From NCBI GenBank assembly GCA_038736825.1, contig JAVYME010000019.1:1-23602 (forward strand): a stretch of 23,602 bases of DNA. The letters run 5' to 3'. A program made the translations under genes and the position numbers. Origin of the DNA: Candidatus Iainarchaeum sp. (GTDB lineage: Archaea > Iainarchaeota > Iainarchaeia > Iainarchaeales > DTGL01). The notes under the pieces are model-generated. The model did not search any database and was not told the DNA's origin. It saw only the letters and a list, made by a program, of their open reading frames with translations. Of this stretch, positions 14,723-23,223 are shown in pieces; positions within the stretch are counted from its first letter, which is position 1, and every line of letters starts with the position of its first letter.

Positions 14723-15763
14723 ATGCCTTCTGTTAAGGCAAAAGCCAGGGTTTTTCCAAAAAACCCCGGCTTTTCAAGAAGAAAAAGGACAGTGCCTCAA
14801 AACCAAGAGGCACTCGACCTTAGAAGCAAGCAGCCAAGGAAAATATTGGTAGGCGAGCCCATAGAAATAGTGCACCAAGACCGTGTAAGCGCTGACAGAC
14901 CAATGTCTGTTTTAACTGCAGAGCAAATGGAAAACATTCGCAGGGAAATGCCAAAGGCTGTAGAGTATGCTAACAAGAAACCAGAGCAGGCAACTGCTTT
15001 TTTCAACAAGTTTAAAGATGAAGAAATAAGGCGGGCAAGGCTGGCTGAAATAAACCAGCGAATCACTGCTGTTTTTTCGAGTGTGCCATGGCAGCCCCAG
15101 CTTACAAATCCAAGCCCTCACCATCGCGATTCAAGGCTAAAAACCCCTGCAAATCTTTACGAAGACTACATGAAAGCCTTTGCAATGGAAAAAGCCGTTC
15201 TTGAAAGAAGCCTTGCAGAACAATCTGAGGCAATTCCTGAAAAAAGGAAAGCGTTAAGAAGACAGTTAAGGCACAATCTCTTGAATCCTTTCAGGCTATT
15301 GAATCCATTCAAGTGGAGTGATTTTTTCAAGCAATACCGGGAATACAGGTATCTTAAAAAAAGCCATAAAGCAAACCTTAAAGGCGCACCAGCATACCAT
15401 AAAGCAATAGAAAAAGCGCAAAAAGAATTATCGCTTTTGTTCAATAAAATCCAGGCAGAGGACTGGGAGCACAAGGCAACAGAGGCAACAGTGCGAAAGG
15501 CAGAGGAATACAGGGCAGAATTCATGAGAATAGTGAACGAATTTTATAAGGCAAGAGAGGAATTCGGTTATCAAAACCTTGGAAGGGGTTATGCGAAAAA
15601 AATGGCGCGAAAAGCTGAAAGAATGCAAATCGGCACCACTGCTGAACTGCGCAAGACTGCAGAGCAGTCACTTCTTCGCGAGAGAAAGCCATTGTTTTTA
15701 AAAAGAAAAAAGAAAAGCGCGCCAGAGGAAAGCCTTGAAGCGGAAAGCGAAAGCCCAGAATAA
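14723..15763 (+). CDS. basic, helix/coiled-coil-rich protein, unknown function
   Basis: ATG start 8 nt after the upstream stop; 346 aa. The N-terminus is basic and contains LDLRSKQPRKILVGEPIEIVH, paralogous to the motif in the upstream small ORF. The rest is rich in K/R/E/A. No TM helix or signal peptide. The tail is acidic (ESLEAESESPE). Confidence 0.7.
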   Translation: MPSVKAKARVFPKNPGFSRRKRTVPQNQEALDLRSKQPRKILVGEPIEIVHQDRVSADRPMSVLTAEQMENIRREMPKAVEYANKKPEQATAFFNKFKDEEIRRARLAEINQRITAVFSSVPWQPQLTNPSPHHRDSRLKTPANLYEDYMKAFAMEKAVLERSLAEQSEAIPEKRKALRRQLRHNLLNPFRLLNPFKWSDFFKQYREYRYLKKSHKANLKGAPAYHKAIEKAQKELSLLFNKIQAEDWEHKATEATVRKAEEYRAEFMRIVNEFYKAREEFGYQNLGRGYAKKMARKAERMQIGTTAELRKTAEQSLLRERKPLFLKRKKKSAPEESLEAESESPE

Positions 15764-15774
15764 AAATGATGCAC

Positions 15775-18700
15775 TCATTTTTGCACTAATTTTTTCCTTT
15801 TGTACACCAAAAAGTGGATTGCCAGAGTGATTCCAAAAACAGAAAACACTATTGCTGGAAGCTCTTGAGGCCAAGAGGGCAAATTGAACAAGCCGCCATC
15901 GCTTGCACCAGTGGAAATGTTCATTATATTGTTTCCAGGCGTGGTTACAACTTGTCCGTTTGCTCCCACTTGTGTTAGGGCTCCGTTTTTGAAGGCTTCA
16001 AGCAATGGCAGCAACTGGGCGTTTTCTGCATTCCAAGTGTTTTTTTCTGTGTCATACCAGAAGGAACCGTTTCTGCCTTGCGCCATGGTTAATGGTTCCG
16101 GAGGGTAATTGTTGTAGGTTACCATTGGAATTCCGTTTTTTGCATCAATTCCAAGGTTGTGAGATTTTCCGTCCTCGGTTTTTATTTTTATTCCGTCTGG
16201 TGTTACAGTCATGCTTTCAATTGGAGCATCATATATTTCGCCTGTTTGCTTGTCTATTACCCTGAAATAGTCTTTGCATGTGCCGTCTGGTTCAAGCTTT
16301 GAATAGAATATGAATCTCCTTGTAGGGGTTTCCAGTATTGTGAAGGGTCCAACGTTTTGCAGGGCTTCATTGAAGGCATTAACCTTAAAAGCGGTTGTGC
16401 TGCTCTTGTCGGATGGCAAAACTTCAAGGTTGACTGCTGGCTCTGGGCAGTCTGTGAGCGGGTTTCTTGAAGTGGCTGGCTTTAGTTTTACGCCTGCAAC
16501 ATCATCTGAAGACAACTGCCCGAGCTCGTGCCGTTTCAGCCATACAAGCAATTCATGCGTGTCAGGCTTGTAGAGTATTACTCCGTTCTTGAATTGAATG
16601 GATTTAAAAAGCCCGACAAACATGTTTTGGTCAGGACGCCACAAATAAGTGTTCCTGTCTGCATGAATCCTGGCTTTTGCCTCACTGCCCTCCATTATCA
16701 GCCTGGGAGTGCCTTCTGCAACAATCCTTTTATCTTCAGGCCAAGCCATGATTGATGGATGGGAGTCTGTTACAATTGTTTCCACTTTTCCAAATATTGG
16801 GGTTAAATTGAAGGATGTGGCGCTGTCGCTTTTTGCATCCAATCCTGACTGGAATTTTATTCCTTGCAATAAGCATTCTATAACCGAGGGGATTTTGACT
16901 GTGAGCTCGCCATCAGTGTCCATTTCAAACAATAGTTCTGCAGACTTTGGCAGTCCTATGAGTGTGAACCGTTTTCCGAATTCTTCTGCTGGAATCCTGG
17001 TGTTGGTGGAGGCACTCCTTGTTGCAAGCTCGTTTTCAGTTATTGTTTGAAGGAGTTGCCCGTTTTCGTCAACCACATAAACTTTTCCAGTGTTGAAGTC
17101 AACTATTACAAACCTGTTGCCGTCCTGCGAGGCAATCTTTTTTATGCCTTCGGTTTTGTATTCCAAGGGCGAGGTTTCGCCCTTGTACCAGAAGGAAAAC
17201 AATTGTTCGCCTGAAAGCTTGCCTGAAGAAAACCCAGGGATTTCCACTGTTGCTTGCACTATGTCTGACTGGCTTGCGCCTTCAAAAAAGTCTTTTACTT
17301 GGCGGTCCAAGGCTTCTGCTGCCTTGGAAGTGTAAGAGTTTGTGTCAGACTTGAACATTCCAATCAGTTGTCCTGAAAACTTTTCAGCCATATCCATTGC
17401 TTTTTCTGTTGAAAGCGCTTCACTGCTTTCCGTGCCCTTTTTTTCCTCTTTGGATGGAGCAAATATGTGCGTGTAATAGCCTTCATCGACGTCAACACAG
17501 TCTTGGAGTTGTGATGCAACCACCACTTGTTGGAAGACTGAACCGAAAATTCCAGCCCAAAACGCTGTCATGTAGAGAGCGCTCTCCCCGAAAGCCAGAA
17601 CTCCGCCTATAGCGCTTGGTTTCAAAACACTGTCTTTCGAGAAAGCGCCTGTTGCCCTTCCCAAGCCAAACAAGGCTTCTTGGGCTTTGTCTTGACAGGT
17701 TTGCTTTTTCGCTATTGCTGTTTTCAGGTTTATTTCCCCGCTTGTAGAAGCACCGCTTTCCTTTCCTTGAAGGTTGGTGTGATGGGCAAAGGTTATAAGG
17801 GTGTTGCCTTTCTTTTTGGCGGCTTCAGAGACTGCATCCTCTATCATGTAGGACTTAAAGCGGTCGCTAGCGTAAAAAAATGCTGAAAAGGACTGGAAAT
17901 TGTTTGAAGTGTCAAGGCTTACACCACAACCACTGCACTCGTTTTGGGTTGTGCCATAAAACGCTATGTTTTCCACTTCGTTCCGTATATTGCCGCCTGT
18001 AAAGTTTTCATACAATTTTTTTGCTGGAGCATAGTTTTCTATGAGTTGTCCTGCAATGAACTCCCAGGGCATTGCGCTTACAACCCTGCGGAACATGTCG
18101 CCCTGGTCTGAGCCTTCGTGAGAGAAAAAGTCTATGAAGGCATCATTGTAAATCGGGTCTGAACCCAAAGGCCACCTGATTTCACGCCAGGAATCTGGCA
18201 GCATGTAGGCGGAAATGCCTTCTTGTCCAAAGCCTCTTTTTGCAAACCAGTAAGTGTTCAACAAGGCAGTCCACTTGAATGGACCGGTTTTTGAGCCAAA
18301 ATAATTCTTTAAAAGCTCGTCTTGGTTCATTAGTGCTCTGTCCAAAAGGCTGGTGTAATTGCGTTTCATGAAGCCTTTTGCCTGCAAGCCGTAAACCAGT
18401 TTGTCTGCATTATCCGGGCCATACCAGGTTAGCATTGATTCAAGCCTGCGATTGTTCACAAGCCTTTGAGCGAATTCTTCCGGGCTTAACTCTTTGGCTT
18501 TAGTGATTGCTCCAGCATACATTGGTTTTTGTCCTGTCATCACTTTTGAAACATATGGCAGGGTTGCATCCTTTACCGGCATTACTTCGCCTGGATCGGT
18601 TTTCACAAAAATGTCAGTGAACTGGGAAAAATGCGTTTTTAAGTCGTCTGCGGTGACTTTTGCGATTTCTGTTGCACTTGGATCAAAAGCGTAAAGGTTG

Positions 18701-20412
18701 AGGTTTTTGCCAGCGTTTTCAAAAGAGAACTGGGTTGGCCACATTCCGCCCCAGTGCCCGTCTGCTTCAAACTTTTTCATTACATTGTAAATGTCTATTG
18801 AGTCTGAGGCAAGCCATCTTGTTGCGTCAGAGCCTTGCGGTTTTACTCCATAATAGAAAAGCCTTGCGGAACCATCTCTTGAAAACCATTCCGGAATGTC
18901 TAAGTGAATCATGTCTTCAGAGGAAGTCATTATTTTGCTTATTTTTTGCCCGAAATCAATTCTTGCAGCAACCTCTGAAGGGTGCCCCAAGCCATAAGCT
19001 TTGAGTGCCTGCATGTAGGGTTCTTTTGCATCATTGTACACTGCGCGCTGGATTTTTTGCCATTTCCTTACATCTTCAGCGAACTGGTACATTTCTTTTT
19101 GCACGCGTCCTTCGCTTATTTGGTCAAACCAGCCTCCCGTGTTCATCCATTCCTTTTCAAGCTTGTTTCTGAACTCCCTGCTTTTCAGCAATAACATGCC
19201 GTCCTGCCATCCCTGGGTTTCCATTAATTCAAAGCGAAGCCTTCCAACGTCCGGAATGCCTTCAGCGCGAGCCCACATTCTTCTTCCAAGGCGTTCATAG
19301 TAGGCTGTGCCTGGACCCATAAACCTTCTCCTGATTGCATCCATTATTTTTTCGTCAAACACTTTTTTGATTTTCGGGAAAAAGCCTCTCCTGCCAATGT
19401 TCATGAAGAGTTTTTTTGCCCTGCTTATCAGGGTTGGCGCGGCATTGCTTATCACCATTTCTGTGGAAAACCAGTTGTTGTAGTATTTGTCAAACAAAGA
19501 GTAAACATTGATTATGCAATCTGAAGTGTTGCATGTGGTTTGAGAGTAAGCATTGAAAGTGCTTGCCAGAATGGAGTTTGGAATCATTTCCTTTACAAGC
19601 CTTGACATTGTCTGCACTCTTGTTTCGTTGAGGTCGCTTGAGGCAGCCAGTTCTTTTAATTCTTGCGAGGAGTTTTCAGGCAAGCCTAATGCTTTTCTCA
19701 TGCCCTCATAGTCTTCATCCGTCCAGTCAGACTGCTCTTTTTCCGTCCAATTATAGTCTTTGCCTGTAAGGCCGCCGGCAATTGTTTCACCTGCACTCAC
19801 TGCAGCGCCTTTTATTTTTTGGCCTATTTCTCCAAAGAATTCCTTTATGGGCTTGAAATCGCTTACAAAACCGGTTCCAGAGTTCCTCAAACTCAATTGT
19901 TTTCCTTCCATTGGACAGGGAATGTTTTGGTCCTTTAAGTCAGTACACCTGCCAACCCTGAGAGTGTCTGTCAAAACAAGACCGTAAGAATATGGCCCGC
20001 TGATGTGGTCATTGAAAATGTGTTGGGCTTCATTGGCGTCAAATTTTTGGTCAGCCATTTCCACTTTTCTGGCTGTGTTTTTGTCGTCTCCCAGCGGAAT
20101 AACTACTGTTGGGTTTGCCAGTTTGTCTCTTGCAGTGTTTTCTGGACTGCCACTACTGTATTCTGAGCCCAAAAAGCCGTCCCTTAAAAGGTCCAAAAAC
20201 CTTTGCGAGTCTTCATCGCTCATGGACGGGTTTGCGCAAGTGAATTGCCCGCCTCTTTCCTCCATTGCCTGTAAAGGGGTTTTTTTTGTTTCTCCAAGGC
20301 TTTCACTGGCTTCAGCTGCGTAAACCAGGTGAGAGTTCAATAAAAGGGCTACAAGGATTGCTGCAAGGAATTGTTTTTTTTCCAGCCAGCAATTCAAGCA
20401 AAACACCGTCAT
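15775..20412 (-). CDS. giant (1545 aa) secreted, C-terminally membrane-anchored protein of unknown function
   Basis: ATG start. Sec-type signal peptide MTVFCLNCWLEKKQFLAAILVALLLNSHLVYA/AE. The C-terminal TM helix PAIVFSVFGITLAIHFLVY is followed by KRKKLVQK. An internal hydrophobic stretch sits at about aa 933-969. I recognise no catalytic or repeat motifs. The frame is long and uninterrupted, and only short shadow ORFs lie opposite. Confidence 0.85.
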   Translation of the reverse strand: MTVFCLNCWLEKKQFLAAILVALLLNSHLVYAAEASESLGETKKTPLQAMEERGGQFTCANPSMSDEDSQRFLDLLRDGFLGSEYSSGSPENTARDKLANPTVVIPLGDDKNTARKVEMADQKFDANEAQHIFNDHISGPYSYGLVLTDTLRVGRCTDLKDQNIPCPMEGKQLSLRNSGTGFVSDFKPIKEFFGEIGQKIKGAAVSAGETIAGGLTGKDYNWTEKEQSDWTDEDYEGMRKALGLPENSSQELKELAASSDLNETRVQTMSRLVKEMIPNSILASTFNAYSQTTCNTSDCIINVYSLFDKYYNNWFSTEMVISNAAPTLISRAKKLFMNIGRRGFFPKIKKVFDEKIMDAIRRRFMGPGTAYYERLGRRMWARAEGIPDVGRLRFELMETQGWQDGMLLLKSREFRNKLEKEWMNTGGWFDQISEGRVQKEMYQFAEDVRKWQKIQRAVYNDAKEPYMQALKAYGLGHPSEVAARIDFGQKISKIMTSSEDMIHLDIPEWFSRDGSARLFYYGVKPQGSDATRWLASDSIDIYNVMKKFEADGHWGGMWPTQFSFENAGKNLNLYAFDPSATEIAKVTADDLKTHFSQFTDIFVKTDPGEVMPVKDATLPYVSKVMTGQKPMYAGAITKAKELSPEEFAQRLVNNRRLESMLTWYGPDNADKLVYGLQAKGFMKRNYTSLLDRALMNQDELLKNYFGSKTGPFKWTALLNTYWFAKRGFGQEGISAYMLPDSWREIRWPLGSDPIYNDAFIDFFSHEGSDQGDMFRRVVSAMPWEFIAGQLIENYAPAKKLYENFTGGNIRNEVENIAFYGTTQNECSGCGVSLDTSNNFQSFSAFFYASDRFKSYMIEDAVSEAAKKKGNTLITFAHHTNLQGKESGASTSGEINLKTAIAKKQTCQDKAQEALFGLGRATGAFSKDSVLKPSAIGGVLAFGESALYMTAFWAGIFGSVFQQVVVASQLQDCVDVDEGYYTHIFAPSKEEKKGTESSEALSTEKAMDMAEKFSGQLIGMFKSDTNSYTSKAAEALDRQVKDFFEGASQSDIVQATVEIPGFSSGKLSGEQLFSFWYKGETSPLEYKTEGIKKIASQDGNRFVIVDFNTGKVYVVDENGQLLQTITENELATRSASTNTRIPAEEFGKRFTLIGLPKSAELLFEMDTDGELTVKIPSVIECLLQGIKFQSGLDAKSDSATSFNLTPIFGKVETIVTDSHPSIMAWPEDKRIVAEGTPRLIMEGSEAKARIHADRNTYLWRPDQNMFVGLFKSIQFKNGVILYKPDTHELLVWLKRHELGQLSSDDVAGVKLKPATSRNPLTDCPEPAVNLEVLPSDKSSTTAFKVNAFNEALQNVGPFTILETPTRRFIFYSKLEPDGTCKDYFRVIDKQTGEIYDAPIESMTVTPDGIKIKTEDGKSHNLGIDAKNGIPMVTYNNYPPEPLTMAQGRNGSFWYDTEKNTWNAENAQLLPLLEAFKNGALTQVGANGQVVTTPGNNIMNISTGASDGGLFNLPSWPQELPAIVFSVFGITLAIHFLVYKRKKLVQK

Positions 20413-20427
20413 AGTTTTTTTTCAACC

Positions 20428-20970
20428 TCACGAGTAAAGGAAATAAAGCATTCCCTGGAAAACCCAGCCGAAAAGGAAAAGCAGCAAGGCGGATGCAAGC
20501 AAAGTGCAAGCGTAAACTGAAACAAAAAGGCAAAGGTATTTGTTGAATTTCTTTTTTTCAAGCCATTCTTTTGGAAAAGAGCCAAGCAAGACAAAAAAAA
20601 GGCAGACTCCTGTCAAAAAAATGCTGCCTGCCAAAACCCTGAAAATGGAAGTCAAAGCCAAAGCCATCCAGTCAGAGAAATCAGGCTGCAATTCTTCCGG
20701 TTTTTCGCCCAGGCTTTCAGCACCAAAACCGTACAATAAGGGATAAAAATAGACAGTAAAAACAAGCAAGAGAGAGAAAAAAAAGCAGACAATTGCTGCT
20801 GCAAAAAACCATGAAATCTTGAATTTGGCGGTGAGCTTTTTATGCAATGCCCTTCCAGCCAGTGCAGTGAAAAAAAGCGGGATTGACAATACCAGGCTGC
20901 CTCGCAACAAATCCACCACCGTAAAGGCAACATCAAGCACTGAAGCCAAAACCACCGCCATAACAACCAA
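20428..20970 (-). CDS. small polytopic (about 5 TM) membrane protein, unknown function
   Basis: TTG at 20970 or ATG at 20961. About five hydrophobic helices are separated by short charged loops (HKKLTAKFK; GEKPEELQPDFSD; PKEWLEKKKFNK). The stop lies 15 nt upstream of the giant ORF start on the same strand. Confidence 0.7.
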   Translation of the reverse strand: MVVMAVVLASVLDVAFTVVDLLRGSLVLSIPLFFTALAGRALHKKLTAKFKISWFFAAAIVCFFFSLLLVFTVYFYPLLYGFGAESLGEKPEELQPDFSDWMALALTSIFRVLAGSIFLTGVCLFFVLLGSFPKEWLEKKKFNKYLCLFVSVYACTLLASALLLFLFGWVFQGMLYFLYS

Positions 20971-21045
20971 CTAACGCTAAAAATATACCTGTAACCCATA
21001 TATATAACTTAATGTAACATATTAAGTGTTTTGGATTGGTGCCAT

Positions 21046-21861
21046 ATGTACACTCCAGAAAATGTGCCGCGGAGAATGATGCGCTTTTACAGGGACGACG
21101 GAACCCGCCTTGTAAAACACCTCTCAAAACAGATTGAAAAAGCCAGCGGCATAAAAGAGGTTGAAAAACAAAAAATAATAATAAGCCTTAAGCGAAGGCT
21201 TGAAGAACTCGAAGAAAACGAAAAAAAAGACTTGGCTGTGCACTTGTTCGAGCAAGCAAGCAGTGGAAAAGACGAAACAAAAGAAGTGGTGTTCAAAGAG
21301 GTAATGAAATACCAGGGCAGACAACAGGAACTGTCAAGCAAGGAAGCCGACGAAATAGCGGACAGCATTTACTCTCAACTCAAAGAAAGAGAGGAATCAC
21401 ACAAAATCCTCTCCAGGCTTGAGGAAAAAAAGAAAAAAGAACAAGAAAAAAGCGAAAAAGAAAAAGAAAAAAAACTGCGCGAAGCAGAAAAAAAGCTGCC
21501 GCGCTCTGAAAGGCGTGAAATAAGGGAAGCTGGGCCGTTTGCAATCCCAGAACCTGAAAAAACAAGAAAAATTGACACTGCCTCGGAAGTGGACAAAATA
21601 AAAAAAGAATTATCCCAGGGGCTTGACAAAAAAGAAGAAAGCCCGGAAGAAGAAGAGGATGATTTCAGTGACATCAAAAAAGAACTGGGAATGGATGATG
21701 AAAAGGAAGAGGAAGACTCCACCTTTGAAGAACTGGAAAAACTCAGCGAAGAAAAAGAAGAAAGCCTTTCAGTTGAAAGCGATGAAGATTCAGAAGAAGA
21801 CTTCAGCATGGAGGGCTTTAAAACCGAATTCGAAGAAGAAAAGAAAAAGAAAAAAAAATAA
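21046..21861 (+). CDS. hyper-charged Glu/Lys-rich protein with acidic tail, unknown function
   Basis: ATG 21046 (the track's TTG 21031 is less likely). The first roughly 110 aa are non-repetitive (MYTPENVPRRMMRFYRDDGTRLVKHLSKQIEK...). An EK-rich segment follows, then an acidic tail (EEEEDDFSD...ESDEDSEEDFSMEGF...) ending in KKKKKK. The antisense Ser-rich ORF is a shadow. Confidence 0.65.
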   Translation: MYTPENVPRRMMRFYRDDGTRLVKHLSKQIEKASGIKEVEKQKIIISLKRRLEELEENEKKDLAVHLFEQASSGKDETKEVVFKEVMKYQGRQQELSSKEADEIADSIYSQLKEREESHKILSRLEEKKKKEQEKSEKEKEKKLREAEKKLPRSERREIREAGPFAIPEPEKTRKIDTASEVDKIKKELSQGLDKKEESPEEEEDDFSDIKKELGMDDEKEEEDSTFEELEKLSEEKEESLSVESDEDSEEDFSMEGFKTEFEEEKKKKKK

Positions 21862-21865
21862 AACT

Positions 21866-22675
21866 TTACTGGGCCAGATAACAATTCAAGTCATCATTTG
21901 GATCCAAATCGTGAAAAATCAGTTTTTCATCCAGCTTTAGGGAAGGCCAGAGCCTTAACTCTGTGAAAAGCTTTTCCTCCTTGTAAATCCACTTTCCGCT
22001 CTCCCAATCCCCATACCTGAAATGCAATGCCACAGGCTGAGCCCTTATTGAACTGCCAGTCTGGGACAAAAACTCTTCCTCGATAAAAGACTCAGAACCC
22101 TTTTCAGGATAACAAAAAAAATACCTTATTGCAAAATTGCCCGGCGAAACCTCTTGATTGTATTTCAACACAACCATTGCAAAAGACGAAACATCCTTTG
22201 ATTCAAAGGGAAGCGTGCGCATTGAAAAAAGAAAATCATAGTTTGAAAGAGCTGAAGCCATTATGGTGTTCAAATCCTTGAGAACCAGTTTTTTGGATTC
22301 AAGGCTGAAACCGCGGTGGTTGGCATAATCCTCCTTCAAAAAAGCAAGAAGGTAATCCACTTCCTTTGTGTCCGCAAGCCTTTCCCCATGCTTTCTGGGA
22401 GTGCTGGAATAAAGCAGTGTTTGAACCGCAGAAGTAGCAAAATCGGTTCCATAAAACTCCAAGGCAATCCTTTCAACCGAAGAACCATACGCATTGGTTT
22501 TCACCAGCATCAGCCTTCCACTGCCCGGCACATCAATGCCCACATCCGTTTTAACAGTGGAACCAGTAATGAAAAAAAACATGAGGGCTGCAAGGCAGGA
22601 ACAGATAACCAAAAGAAAAATTGCATCCGCAAGAGCCGCTTGAGCCCTTTCACTGTGCTTCAACCCTAAAACCAT
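21866..22675 (-). CDS. type IV pilin-like protein (class III signal peptide-like N-terminus)
   Basis: ATG start. The N-terminus MVLGLKHSERA/QAALADAIFLLVICSCLAALMFFFI is a short basic region, an [KR]-[GA] site, Q at +1, then about 25 hydrophobic residues. The remaining roughly 230 aa look soluble. It overlaps the upstream gene by 10 nt. Confidence 0.7.
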   Translation of the reverse strand: MVLGLKHSERAQAALADAIFLLVICSCLAALMFFFITGSTVKTDVGIDVPGSGRLMLVKTNAYGSSVERIALEFYGTDFATSAVQTLLYSSTPRKHGERLADTKEVDYLLAFLKEDYANHRGFSLESKKLVLKDLNTIMASALSNYDFLFSMRTLPFESKDVSSFAMVVLKYNQEVSPGNFAIRYFFCYPEKGSESFIEEEFLSQTGSSIRAQPVALHFRYGDWESGKWIYKEEKLFTELRLWPSLKLDEKLIFHDLDPNDDLNCYLAQ

Positions 22676-23223
22676 ACAACCACCACTAAAAGCATTGGCC
22701 TTACAGCAAAACCGCTCTTTATGTTTGCAGAATTGTCCTGGAATGCGACAGGGAACATTTTAACTATTGCCTGGCTGCCTGGCTTCATGTGCTCAAAATT
22801 TCCAGGACAGACAACATGTTCAAGTTCTCCGGTTTCAGGGTTTGTTGTAATATAAACCCCTTGATTGCTGTCAACAAAATCCCTTAACTCTATCATTTCA
22901 AAGGGCGCGCCCTCTTGTCTTAACTCTATCAAGCCTGCCTTGAAATTCACGCCTGGCACGCTCACCTTTTCACACAATTCCTTGAATTCCTGCAAGTCGT
23001 TTATGTACTTGTCGCCCCGCATTTGATCGCTTATTTTAAGGATTTTTATTGCCCTGTCAAAACGAGTGTTGCCCTTGTCAAAAACCGAAAAGGTTGCAGT
23101 AAAGGCAGTGAAAAAAACAACCAGTGAAAAAATTATTGGAATCAGGCTTGGAAGGTCGTCGCCTATTGGTCCAATAAAACCGCGGTTTTTGTTTTTTTTT
23201 CTCCAAAAAACCTTCATTTTCAT
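22666..23223 (-). CDS. N-terminally anchored, possibly pilin-like protein
   Basis: ATG 23223 overlaps the upstream stop by 1 nt (TGATG). The N-terminus is MKMKVFWRKKNKNRG/FIGPIGDDLPSLIPIIFSLVVFFTAFTATF. It has a single hydrophobic helix and then a soluble domain ending in the beta-like RPMLLVVVVWF. The track start at 23238 is also possible. Confidence 0.6.
   Translation of the reverse strand: MKMKVFWRKKNKNRGFIGPIGDDLPSLIPIIFSLVVFFTAFTATFSVFDKGNTRFDRAIKILKISDQMRGDKYINDLQEFKELCEKVSVPGVNFKAGLIELRQEGAPFEMIELRDFVDSNQGVYITTNPETGELEHVVCPGNFEHMKPGSQAIVKMFPVAFQDNSANIKSGFAVRPMLLVVVVWF

Noticed and set aside
15884-20323. About twenty 60-115-aa ORFs on the + strand inside the giant gene.
   Set aside because: All are short and lack start context or recognisable sequence. 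They lie opposite a single uninterrupted 4.6-kb frame, so they are antisense shadows.
21375-21884. A 169-aa Ser/Phe-rich ORF antisense to the Glu/Lys-rich gene.
   Set aside because: It is a typical mirror ORF of GAA/AAG repeats. It would also overlap the end of the pilin-like gene. The sense frame has a non-repetitive N-terminal domain.
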